From: Candidatus Multivorans sp.
Lineage (GTDB): Bacteria > Acidobacteriota > Thermoanaerobaculia > Multivoradales > Multivoraceae
Assembly (NCBI GenBank): GCA_965206765.1
Contig: OZ242222.1
Location: 193,662 to 257,661 of the forward strand
Length of the DNA stretch: 64,000 nucleotides
Direction of reading: 5' to 3'
Under the pieces are notes generated by a model. That model was not told the origin of the DNA. It did not search any database and saw only the letters and a program-made list of their open reading frames with translations. The position numbers and the translations under genes are program-made. How positions within the stretch are numbered: the first letter of the stretch is position 1; each line of letters opens with the position of its first letter. This document shows positions 55,924 to 64,000 of the stretch, one piece after another.

Positions 55924-57858
55924 CTACTCCTGCGGCAACGCGTACGCGACGAGGGAGTGCTCCTGGCCGCGGTCGCCGACCGGCACGACCAGGAACTGGC
56001 GCTCGCCTGTGACGTAGGTCATCGGGCCGCCGCCCGGGGTGTCGGGCAACTCCGTGCGCCAGATCTCCTCGCCGGTCGCCTTGTCGAAGGCGTAGAGGAA
56101 GCCGGTCGACGGGCCGCGGGGCGCGAAGTTGCCGGGCGCCTGCTCGCTGGTGACGACGAACACGAGGGTTCGGGTCGCCATCGGCCACCCGGGAGTCAGG
56201 CCGCCGAGCGGCCAGGCGCCGAGCGGGCCGAGGTCGAGGTCGGCCAGCGCCGGATGGTCGCGCGGACCGTCGCCGACCGGCGTCTGCCACAGGATCTCGC
56301 CGCGGTTCAGATCGATCGCGGTGAGCCGGCTCCAGGGCGGCTTGGTCAGCGGCAGACCCTCGGGCCCGGCAGGGAACGTGAATCCCGGCAGGTAGTCGCG
56401 GTCGGAGCGCTGGCGCCCGGTCGGCGGGTTCAGGGACATCGTGCCGAGCCGGGTCTGGGAGGGAACGAACAGGACGCCGCTGTTCGGGTCGACGGCGGCG
56501 CCGCCCCAGTTTGCACCACCCGCCTGGCCGGGCAACTGAGCCATCACCCTCCGGCCCTCGCCGGCCAGGGTCGGCGGCGTGAACATCGGACCTCCCAGGA
56601 GCGTGTCCCGGTAGATCTCGATGGCCTTCGCGTTGAGCTCCGGCGTGAAGTCGATCAGATCGCTCTCGCGCACGCCCTGGCGGTCGAAGGGCGGCGGTTT
56701 GGTGGGGAAGGGCTGCATGCTCGCGGTCCATTCCCCGGGAACCAGGCTCTCCGGCACCTTGCGCTCCTCGATCGGCCACACCGGCTCGCCGGTCTTGCGG
56801 TCGAAGACGTAGGTGAAGGCCTGCTTGCTGACCTGGGCCACCGCCTCGATGCGCTTTCCATCGACCTCGATGTCGAGCAGGATCGGAGCACACGGGAAGT
56901 CGTAGTCCCAGAGGCCGTGCCGCACTGCCTGGAAGTGCCACTTCTTCTCGCCGGTCGCGGTGTCGATGGCGACCAGGCTCTCGGCGTAGAGATTGTCCCC
57001 GTGGCGGTGGCCGCCGTAGTAGTCGCTGGTCGGCGTGCCGGTACCGAAGTAGACCCAGCCCGTCTTGTCGTCGCAGCTCATCCACGACCACACGTTGCTG
57101 TTGCCGGAGTAGCGCCATGACTCGTCGTGCCAGGTCTCCACGCCAGGCTCGTCGCCCTGCGGCACGGTGTGGAAGACCCACTTCTTCTTGCCCGTGCGGA
57201 TGTCGTAGCCGCGGATGTGGCCGGCCGGCATCTCCTGCGTCAGGGAGAAGTCCATGATCGTCATGCCCATGAGAACGGTGTCGCCGCAGACGATCCCCGG
57301 GGAGTTGGCGCCCGTTTCGCGCATCTGCTCCGGTCTGCCGATGTCGCCGCGCATGTCGACCATGCCGGCTTCGCCGAACTCGAGGTCGGGTTTCCCGGTC
57401 CTGGCGTCCAGGGAGACGAGTTGATGGGTACCGGTGACCAGCACGATGCGCTGCATGCCGCGGTGCTCCCAGAACTCGATGCCGCGCTGCGTGAAACCGC
57501 CATGGGTCGGCGTGCCGCGCTCGTAGGCCAACGGATCGTAGGTCCACAGCTCTTCGCCGGTCTCGGGGTTGATCGCACTGACGAGGTTCAGGGCCGACAC
57601 GGCATAGAGCGTGCCGTTCACCATGAGCGGCGTTCCCTTCAGGTCGCCGGCCAGCGCCGGCGCCTCGACGTTGCCGTCGGGTGTGACCCAGCGCCACGCG
57701 ACCTCGAGCTCCGAGACGTTCGAGGCGTCGATCTGCGCCGCCGGCGAGTACTTCGTGCTGGCCCGGTCGGCGGCGTAGTGGCGCCACTCGACGGGTTCCT
57801 GGGCGGCCAGCGCGGCGCCGCAGGCGAGGGAAACGACGAGGGTAAGGCGGGCAAACAC
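55924..57858 (-). CDS. PQQ-dependent dehydrogenase (quinoprotein alcohol/glucose dehydrogenase family, 8-bladed propeller) with signal peptide.
   Basis: Multiple W-motif PQQ propeller blades (VAWRW, LWTYDP...). GTG start gives MFARLTLVVSLACGAALAAQE with AAGGGA RBS. Confidence 0.75.
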   Translation of the reverse strand: MFARLTLVVSLACGAALAAQEPVEWRHYAADRASTKYSPAAQIDASNVSELEVAWRWVTPDGNVEAPALAGDLKGTPLMVNGTLYAVSALNLVSAINPETGEELWTYDPLAYERGTPTHGGFTQRGIEFWEHRGMQRIVLVTGTHQLVSLDARTGKPDLEFGEAGMVDMRGDIGRPEQMRETGANSPGIVCGDTVLMGMTIMDFSLTQEMPAGHIRGYDIRTGKKKWVFHTVPQGDEPGVETWHDESWRYSGNSNVWSWMSCDDKTGWVYFGTGTPTSDYYGGHRHGDNLYAESLVAIDTATGEKKWHFQAVRHGLWDYDFPCAPILLDIEVDGKRIEAVAQVSKQAFTYVFDRKTGEPVWPIEERKVPESLVPGEWTASMQPFPTKPPPFDRQGVRESDLIDFTPELNAKAIEIYRDTLLGGPMFTPPTLAGEGRRVMAQLPGQAGGANWGGAAVDPNSGVLFVPSQTRLGTMSLNPPTGRQRSDRDYLPGFTFPAGPEGLPLTKPPWSRLTAIDLNRGEILWQTPVGDGPRDHPALADLDLGPLGAWPLGGLTPGWPMATRTLVFVVTSEQAPGNFAPRGPSTGFLYAFDKATGEEIWRTELPDTPGGGPMTYVTGERQFLVVPVGDRGQEHSLVAYALPQE

Positions 57859-57863
57859 GACGA

Positions 57864-58673
57864 TCAGCGTCCCTTGAACTGGGCGGGCCGCTTCTCGAGG
57901 AAAGCGAGGACGCCCTCGCGGGAGTCTTCGGTGGCGCCGGCCTCGGCCTGGAGCCTCGCCTCCAGGTCGAGTTGTTGCTCGTACACGTTCTGCCAGGTGG
58001 CCCAGTAGGCCTGGCGGATCATCCCCAGGGAGCGCGGACCGTTGGCCAGGCGGTGGGCCAGCTCGGTGGCGCCCTCCATCAGGGACTCCTGGTCGTCGTA
58101 CAGGCGGTTGATCAGGCCCCACTCGAACGCCTTGTCGGCCGGCAGACGTTCGGCGAGCATCGAGAGTTCGACCGCGCGGCCCCAGCCGATCAGGCGCGGC
58201 AGCATGAAAGTGGCGCCGCCGTCGGGCACCAGGCCGATGCGCGCGAACGCCTGCAGGAAGAAGGCCTGCTTCGAGGCGCAGACAAGGTCGCCGATCAGGG
58301 CGAAGCTCATGCCGACCCCCGCGGCGGCCCCGTTCACCGCCGTGACGATCGGTATGTCGAGGTCGCGGAGCGACAGCAGCAGGGGGTGGTAGTTGTTGCG
58401 CAGGTTCTCGCGGGCGGTCGGGTTCACGGCGCCTTCCGGCTGGATGCCGCGGCCCGAGAGGTTGGCGCCCGAGCAGAAGGCGCGGCCCTCGCCGGTGAGC
58501 AGGAGGGCCCGCACGCCGCTCTCGGGATCGCGGATACGCAGCACGGCGTCGCCCAGTTCCGCGACCATCTGTGCGTCCGTAGCGTTCAGCACCTCCGGGT
58601 GGTTCAGCTTGATGACGGCGAGATTCCCGTCCCGTTCGAGCAGGATCCGTTCGTAGTTCATTGACTCCTTCAT
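57864..58673 (-). CDS. Enoyl-CoA hydratase/isomerase (crotonase) family protein.
   Basis: LNHPEVLNA...FCSGANL oxyanion-hole motif. ATGA overlap with the upstream DUF1801 gene. Confidence 0.85.
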   Translation of the reverse strand: MKESMNYERILLERDGNLAVIKLNHPEVLNATDAQMVAELGDAVLRIRDPESGVRALLLTGEGRAFCSGANLSGRGIQPEGAVNPTARENLRNNYHPLLLSLRDLDIPIVTAVNGAAAGVGMSFALIGDLVCASKQAFFLQAFARIGLVPDGGATFMLPRLIGWGRAVELSMLAERLPADKAFEWGLINRLYDDQESLMEGATELAHRLANGPRSLGMIRQAYWATWQNVYEQQLDLEARLQAEAGATEDSREGVLAFLEKRPAQFKGR

Positions 58674-59092
58674 TCCTCCGGGTACTTCTCCCTCATCGCA
58701 TCGAGGGCGCTCCCGATCAGCTCTTCGAGCACGCCCATGTCGATATCGGCGAGCTTGTTGATGTAGAGGCAGGACCTGCCGGTCCGGTGCTTGCCCAGTC
58801 GGGAGAGGAGTTCGTCATAGCCCGAGAACCCGGGCATGACATAGACGGTCAGGCTCTGCTTGCGGGGCGAGAAACCGATGCGCGGCATCTCTCCGGAGCG
58901 GCCGCTCGCGTACTTGTAGCGGTAGCTGCCGAAGCCGACGATCGCGGCGCCCCACATCCGGGGCTCTTCACCGGTGATCCGCTTCATCAACTCGAGCACG
59001 GTGAAGCTGTCCTCCCGCCGCCGGGCGTTGGCGACGGCGCCCAGGAACGCGTCGACGTCGGCGTCGTTCTGCTTCGTCTTCAGCTCGCTCAC
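58670..59092 (-). CDS. DUF1801 (YdhG-like) domain protein.
   Basis: About 140 aa with a DUF1801-like pattern. GTG start with GAGGA RBS. The tool ORF extends to 59371 upstream. Confidence 0.5.
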   Translation of the reverse strand: MSELKTKQNDADVDAFLGAVANARRREDSFTVLELMKRITGEEPRMWGAAIVGFGSYRYKYASGRSGEMPRIGFSPRKQSLTVYVMPGFSGYDELLSRLGKHRTGRSCLYINKLADIDMGVLEELIGSALDAMREKYPEE

Positions 59093-59170
59093 AGCGGTCC
59101 TCGATCGTGGCGGGGGCCCCCCTGCGAAAGGAAGCGGCAACCGTAGCAGACCGCCATGGGCGGAGAATCC

Positions 59171-60568
59171 ATGGCCTTGGCTTATGCTGGACGGGACATG
59201 AGCGCGAAGGGCCACTACTGCATCATGGGCATCGGCGACATGGGCTTCCATATTGCCGAGGCGTTCGGACGCGAGGGTCGGAGCCTGACCCTGATCGACA
59301 TCGATCCGGAGAAGGGGCATCGGATCGAGGAGGAGCTGGACGCGGCCTTCGTGGTCGGCAACGGCGCCCACCAGGCGGTGCTCGAGCGGGCGCAGGTCGA
59401 TGCCGCGGACCTGTTCATCGCCGCCTCCTCGTCGGAGGAGGCGAACCTGGTGGCGTCCGTGATCGCCCGCAACCTGGGCGCGAAGCGGTGCGTGGTGCGG
59501 CTCGACACGTCCGAGGATCTGACCGTCTACCGCCGCTCCTACGAGCGGTTGTTCGGCGCCGACCTCCTGCTGTCGCCCCAGAGTCTGGCGACCAGCGCGA
59601 TCCTGAACGTCGTGCTAGGCCACCACACCTACGAAGTCGACCATCTGGCCAAGGGCCGCTTCGAGTTGCGCACGATCCGGGTGCAGGCGAACAGCACCGT
59701 CGCCAGCCGGCCGCTGCACGAAGTGCCTTTGCCGGAGGGCGCCCGGATCGTCGGCTACTTCGACGCGGAGCACGAACTGTCGATCCCCGGTCCGGACCTG
59801 CAGGCCCGGTCGGGTGGACTGGCCATGGTCCTGTGCCGCACGAAGTCCACCCACGACGTGGAGGAGTTGTTCGCGTCCCGGGTGGAGCATCCCCGCACCG
59901 TGGCCGTTGCCGGTGGCAGTTCGACCGCGGTTGCGGTGGTCAAGGCGCTGCGGAACGAGGTCAAGCGCCTGCGCTGGATCGAGCGCGACCGGCGGCGCGC
60001 CGAGTACCTGGCCCAGTCGTTTCCCGATGTCGAAGTGCTGCACGGCGATCCGATCGACGCCGCGACCATGGAGAGCGAGGGACTTGGCCGGGCCGATGTC
60101 CTGATCGCGGCCACCAGCCACGACGACAGCAACGTGGTGGCGGGGCTGATCGCCCAGGAGTTGGGCGTGCCGCGGGTGGTCGCCTTGATCCACCACACGA
60201 CGAGCCGGCTCTGGCAACGGGTCGGCGAGGTCGAGCTGGTGTCGCCGCACTCCCTGGCGATCGACCACGTCCGCAACTTCGTCGCCAACGGCTACAAGAC
60301 GAACCTGGTCAACCTGGCCGACGGCGCCCTGCAGGTGGTTCAGCGCGTGATCCACGAGGCCAGCCCGGCGGCCGGCGCCACGCTTGCCGACCTCCAGGCG
60401 CCCAGGGGCCTGATCGTGGGCGCCGTCGTGCGAGGCGACCGGGTGTTCATGCCCGAGCGCAGCAACATGCTGCGCGCGAACGACCAGGTCATCCTGTTCG
60501 TGCACCGCTCGCAGACCCAGATGGCCAAGCTCCTGTTCCCGGGCAGCGAAAGCGAGGTCGCCAGCTAG
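59171..60568 (+). CDS. trkA: Trk potassium uptake system NAD-binding protein TrkA (two KTN/RCK_N plus RCK_C modules).
   Basis: CIMGIGDMGFHIA and a second VAGGSSTAVAVVKAL Rossmann motif. Alternative starts at 59156 and 59198. Confidence 0.8.
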   Translation: MALAYAGRDMSAKGHYCIMGIGDMGFHIAEAFGREGRSLTLIDIDPEKGHRIEEELDAAFVVGNGAHQAVLERAQVDAADLFIAASSSEEANLVASVIARNLGAKRCVVRLDTSEDLTVYRRSYERLFGADLLLSPQSLATSAILNVVLGHHTYEVDHLAKGRFELRTIRVQANSTVASRPLHEVPLPEGARIVGYFDAEHELSIPGPDLQARSGGLAMVLCRTKSTHDVEELFASRVEHPRTVAVAGGSSTAVAVVKALRNEVKRLRWIERDRRRAEYLAQSFPDVEVLHGDPIDAATMESEGLGRADVLIAATSHDDSNVVAGLIAQELGVPRVVALIHHTTSRLWQRVGEVELVSPHSLAIDHVRNFVANGYKTNLVNLADGALQVVQRVIHEASPAAGATLADLQAPRGLIVGAVVRGDRVFMPERSNMLRANDQVILFVHRSQTQMAKLLFPGSESEVAS

Positions 60569-60663
60569 CGCATGGCTCACCCGCCCGCTCCTGCGGCCGG
60601 AGGGGACGGGGTCGGACGGCGTCAGATGGCCGGTGGATTGAGAAAGGCGCCTGGCCCGGCTCG

Positions 60664-61893
60664 TCAGTTCGAGCCGGTCGGGATGTCGCTGAAGGCCCGG
60701 TCGCGGTCGACGCGGATCTCGCCGGGCAGGGTGAGTACGCGTTCGGCGATGATGTTGCGCAGGATCTCGTCTGTGCCGGCGGCGATCCGCATTCCCGGCG
60801 CCGCCAGGTAGGCGTAGTGGAACATGCCCCCCGAGGGGGCGTCTTCACGGCCGCTGACGGAACCGGCGACATCCAGCAGGTCGGCGGCGAATGAGGCGAT
60901 GTCCTGCCGGGCGCTGGCGGTGATGACCTTGCAGATCGAGTTCTCCGGCCCCGGCTGTTTGCCCTGGGAGATGGCGGTCAGGGTGCGCATGAAGGTCAAC
61001 TCGACGCCGCGGCATTGCACGTACCAGTCGGCGATCCGGTCGCGCACGGCGCTCTGCGCCGCCGCGGGTTCGCCGTCGATCTCCAGTTCGGAGGCGATGC
61101 GCAGGGCGTCGCTCCAGTCGGGTGTCATCTGGTAGCGGCCGTGGCGCTCGTTCATCAGCGTCGTGATCGCGACCTGCCAGCCGGCGCCGACCTCGCCGAG
61201 CCGGTTGTGGTCCGGGATCCGCACGTTCTGCAGGAAGACTTCGTTGAACTCGGCGGTGCCCGGAATCTGCCGGATCGGGCGCGGGTCGATGCCCGGCGAC
61301 TTCATGTCGACCACGAAGAAGGTCAGGCCCTTGTGCTTGGGCACGGTCGGATCGTGCCGGGTGACCAGGATGCCCCAGTCGGAAAAGTGGGCGCCCGAGT
61401 TCCAGACCTTCTGGCCGTTGACGACCCATTCGTCGCCGTCGCGCTCGGCGCGCGTGCGCAGGCCCGCGAGATCGGAACCCGCTCCCGGCTCGGAGAAGAG
61501 CTGGCACCAGACCTCCTCGCCGCTCGCGAGCTTGGGCAGGTAGCGGCGCTTCTGCTCCTCGGTGCCGTGGGCCATGATCGCCGGCGCGCAGGTGCCGTGG
61601 CCGATGTTGAGGTAACCGCCGGGAACGTCGAACTTCGCTTCCTCCTGGTCCCAGATCACGCCCTCCATGAAGGTCGCGCCGCGGCCGCCGTGCTCCTGCG
61701 GCCAGGTGATGCAGGCCCAGCCGGCGTCGTACTTCTTCTGCTGCCACTCCTTGACCGTGGCCAGCCCTTCCTGCTCGGGAAGCCCGGCGTACCGGGACGT
61801 GTCGCCGGGAGACAGGGGTTCGGCGTTCGCTCCGAGCCAGGCGCGCGCCTCGGCGCGGAAGGCGGCCTCTCGTGGTGAGTCCTGGAAGTCCAT
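60664..61893 (-). CDS. Acyl-CoA dehydrogenase family protein.
   Basis: Typical ACAD N-terminal alpha, beta and C-terminal alpha layout with a catalytic glutamate region. About 409 aa. Confidence 0.8.
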   Translation of the reverse strand: MDFQDSPREAAFRAEARAWLGANAEPLSPGDTSRYAGLPEQEGLATVKEWQQKKYDAGWACITWPQEHGGRGATFMEGVIWDQEEAKFDVPGGYLNIGHGTCAPAIMAHGTEEQKRRYLPKLASGEEVWCQLFSEPGAGSDLAGLRTRAERDGDEWVVNGQKVWNSGAHFSDWGILVTRHDPTVPKHKGLTFFVVDMKSPGIDPRPIRQIPGTAEFNEVFLQNVRIPDHNRLGEVGAGWQVAITTLMNERHGRYQMTPDWSDALRIASELEIDGEPAAAQSAVRDRIADWYVQCRGVELTFMRTLTAISQGKQPGPENSICKVITASARQDIASFAADLLDVAGSVSGREDAPSGGMFHYAYLAAPGMRIAAGTDEILRNIIAERVLTLPGEIRVDRDRAFSDIPTGSN

Positions 61894-61978
61894 GGATCGT
61901 CTCCTGGTTGGCGTTCGCGGTCGGTTGGCGCCGTCTTGCGACGGGAAGGGCAGATTCTAGTCCGTTCGAGCGACCGTT

Positions 61979-63298
61979 TCAGAGTCGGCCCGAGATGACG
62001 CCCCGGTCGGCCAGTCGGTCGATCTCCGCGGCGTCCAGTCCCAGCTCCCGTAGCAGGTCGCCGGTGTGCTCCCCGAGTTCGGGCGCCGGCTGGGGCTCGA
62101 CCTTCTCGTCGCCGAGGATGGAGACCGGGCTGTCGACGGTCCGCAAGCGGCCGTACCTGGGGTGGTCGAGGTCGCGGAACATGCCGATTGCCTCCAATTG
62201 CTCGTCGCCCACGATGTCGTCGAGGTTCGAGACCAGGCTGTAGGGGATCTCGTAGCGCGTGAAGCGCTCACCCCACTCGGCGAAGTCCCGCAGTGCGAAC
62301 TCGGCGTCGAGCAGGGCGACGAACGCGGGCATGTTCGAGATTCTCTCGGGCGTGGTGCAGTAGCGCTCGTCGGGGATGAGATCGGCGCGGTCCAGGGCGA
62401 GACAGAAGCGCTCCCAGTCCCGGTCCTGCTCGACGATGCTCAGCTTGATCAGGCGGTCGTCGCGGGTCCGGTAGAAGAGCTGGCCGAAGTTCATCGTCTG
62501 TTCGCGCGGCCGCTTCTCGTGGAACTCGGCGCCGACCAGCTTGGCCTGGATGGCGCACGCATTGGCCCAGGCGCCCGCCGCGAGGAGCGAGGTGGTGACG
62601 TAGGAACCCTTGCCCGTCTGCTGGCGCTTCATCAGGCCCAGGAGCACCGCTGAGAACAGGGTCACGCCGGTGGGATGGTCGCCGGTGCCGCAGCCAAGCG
62701 ACCCCAGGTGCCCCTCGACCGGGAAGAACGTCGAGACGAGGCCCGAACGGGTCCAGTAGCAGACCTGGTCGTAACCGGGCTTCTCGGCTTCCGGGCCGGT
62801 GTGGCCGTAGCCGGTGCCGTGCGCGAAGATGAGCCGCGGATTGATCTCGCGCAGCCGGTCCCAGTTCATGCCGAGGTCGTCCAGCACGGAGTTGTGGCAG
62901 TTGGTCAGGAAGACGTCGGCGGTCTCGATCAGCCGGTGGGCGACCGCCTGGCCGTGCTCGTCCTTGAGGTCGATCACCAGGCTCTTCTTGTTGCGGCCGT
63001 CGAGCAGGAAGCAGTAGGGGATCTCCGAGTCCGGCATGCCCGGCAGATCCTGGAAGTAGCGGTAGAGATCGCCCCGCCCCGGCGCCTCGATCTTGATCAC
63101 CTCGGCGCCGAAGTCGGAGAGGATCGCGCATGCCGAGGGCGCCATGACGATGGTGGCGAGTTCCACCACGCGGACGCCGTCGAGCAGCGCCGCTTCGGCG
63201 CTCGTGGGCGAACTTGAGGTCACGCCGGCTTGCTGCCGTGCGCAGGTTGGCGATACATGTCCAGGGCGGCGGGCATTGTGACATAGCGGTTCCAGCAT
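61979..63298 (-). CDS. CoA-transferase family III (CaiB/BaiF) protein.
   Basis: LLDGVRVVELATIVMAPSACAILSDFGAEVIKIE. The tool ORF (664 aa) has a spurious Arg/Pro-rich N-terminal extension. Start is ATG 63298 or GTG 63223. Confidence 0.8.
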   Translation of the reverse strand: MLEPLCHNARRPGHVSPTCARQQAGVTSSSPTSAEAALLDGVRVVELATIVMAPSACAILSDFGAEVIKIEAPGRGDLYRYFQDLPGMPDSEIPYCFLLDGRNKKSLVIDLKDEHGQAVAHRLIETADVFLTNCHNSVLDDLGMNWDRLREINPRLIFAHGTGYGHTGPEAEKPGYDQVCYWTRSGLVSTFFPVEGHLGSLGCGTGDHPTGVTLFSAVLLGLMKRQQTGKGSYVTTSLLAAGAWANACAIQAKLVGAEFHEKRPREQTMNFGQLFYRTRDDRLIKLSIVEQDRDWERFCLALDRADLIPDERYCTTPERISNMPAFVALLDAEFALRDFAEWGERFTRYEIPYSLVSNLDDIVGDEQLEAIGMFRDLDHPRYGRLRTVDSPVSILGDEKVEPQPAPELGEHTGDLLRELGLDAAEIDRLADRGVISGRL

Positions 63299-63357
63299 GG
63301 GCTGCCAGACCGCGGAGTGCGGGATACGATCCCGCCGATGTTCGGTTGGGAGGCAAC

Positions 63358-63717
63358 ATGACCGGGGTCCGGCTGACCAAGCCCTGGCGCGACCTGGACA
63401 ACGCCGCGGTCGCCGCGCTGCCCGGGCAGTTGGGCGTCTTCGAGATCGGTGACGCGGAAGGCGGCACCCTGGAGCTGGGCTTCGCGGGCGGGCGGTCCCG
63501 CTTCGGCCTGCGCAGCGCGGTCGCGGAGACGGCGGCGAAACATGAAGGGGCGGCGCGGTTCCGCTACGAAGTGACGATGCAGTACTGGAGCCGGTTCGAG
63601 GAGTTGCTCGCCGTCTACTTCGCCGATCACGGCGAGTTGCCGCCCGGCAACGCGGACCGCGGCGAGCGGCGCGTCGGCCGATTGGACGTCGGCCGGATCG
63701 CCGCGCCGGGGAGGTGA
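63358..63717 (+). CDS. Hypothetical small protein (weak GIY-YIG-like motif GVFEI...LELGFAG).
   Basis: ATG preceded by GGGAGG. No confident family assignment. Confidence 0.35.
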   Translation: MTGVRLTKPWRDLDNAAVAALPGQLGVFEIGDAEGGTLELGFAGGRSRFGLRSAVAETAAKHEGAARFRYEVTMQYWSRFEELLAVYFADHGELPPGNADRGERRVGRLDVGRIAAPGR

Positions 63718-63722
63718 ACCGG

Positions 63723-64000
63723 TGGACTTCGAACTCAGCACCGAACAGAAGCTGATCCTCGAGACTGTGCGCCGCTTCGTGCGCGAGGAGATCGTGCCGC
63801 TCGAGGCCGACCTCGACCCGGACGCCAGCGAACTTCCGTCCCACCATCGCGAACGGCTGGTGGCGATGACGAAGGAACTCGGCTTCTACGGCCTGGACAT
63901 CCCGGAGGAGTACGGCGGCCCCGGCATCGACCTGGTAACCAGGACGTTGATGGCGTTCGAGATGGCGCAGCACCGGGCCGGCCTCTACGCGCCCTGCTAC
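63723..64000 (+). CDS. Acyl-CoA dehydrogenase, N-terminal part (runs off the window).
   Basis: GTG start. DFELSTEQKLILETVRRFVREEI is the classic ACAD N-terminus. Confidence 0.75.

Noticed and set aside
63299-63973. 225-aa N-terminal extension of the CoA-transferase ORF.
   Set aside because: Extremely Arg/Pro-rich with no homology. It overlaps the convergent/divergent neighbour. The CaiB-type N-terminus starts near LLDGVRVVE.

Overview
The window is high-GC (about 65-70%) bacterial chromosomal DNA. Gene content (PVC-type heme-binding dehydrogenase, type-B succinate dehydrogenase, many GTG/TTG starts) suggests a Planctomycetes/Verrucomicrobia/Acidobacteria/Gemmatimonadetes-like organism, but that is inference only. 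Several gene pairs are translationally coupled by ATGA or GTGA overlaps.

The left 28 kb is an accessory, defense-island-like region. It starts with an IS3-family transposase remnant, followed by a large secreted Calx-beta/LRR protein, a GT22-like membrane mannosyltransferase and an Amt ammonium transporter.

From 6.6 to 27.5 kb there is a composite defense locus. Its backbone is a three-gene, BREX-related, restriction-modification-like module:
- an XRE-HTH/SNF2 helicase with a C-terminal DUF3883 domain;
- a DUF1156 N6-adenine methyltransferase;
- a DUF499 (BrxC/PglY-like) ATPase.

This backbone is interrupted by two nested cargo blocks:
- Block 1: a retropepsin-like aspartyl protease and a tRNA-binding-domain RNA ligase, both ATGA-coupled to the helicase; a KAP P-loop NTPase whose 3' end is displaced by an IS630 element with TA target-site duplications; an IS4-family element with an intact 9-10 bp duplication; and a hicAB toxin-antitoxin pair with an apparently frameshifted hicA.
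- Block 2: a truncated AAA ATPase remnant, a secreted amidohydrolase, and an AAA_21 ATPase plus DUF4276-like partner (OLD/PARIS-like pair) whose last gene overlaps the DUF499 start by GTGA.

A second, divergent AAA_21/DUF4276-like pair sits at 31.2-33.0 kb on the opposite strand.

The right half is mostly housekeeping: CmcJ/AsaB-like oxygenase, cytochrome c-PhoD phosphatase, alpha-carbonic anhydrase, UPF0261, PVC-type heme-binding dehydrogenase, aroH, peroxiredoxin, bolA, spondin-like protein, rpoD, DUF72, MATE transporter, M14 carboxypeptidase, sdhCAB, TPR protein, nitroreductase, PQQ dehydrogenase, crotonase, trkA, acyl-CoA dehydrogenases and a CoA-transferase.

An uncharacterised Cys-bracketed domain of about 110 aa occurs three times: twice in tandem in the spondin-like protein and once at the C-terminus of the M14 peptidase.

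No rRNA, tRNA or CRISPR array was recognised. Many long antisense ORFs in the supplied track are high-GC artefacts.
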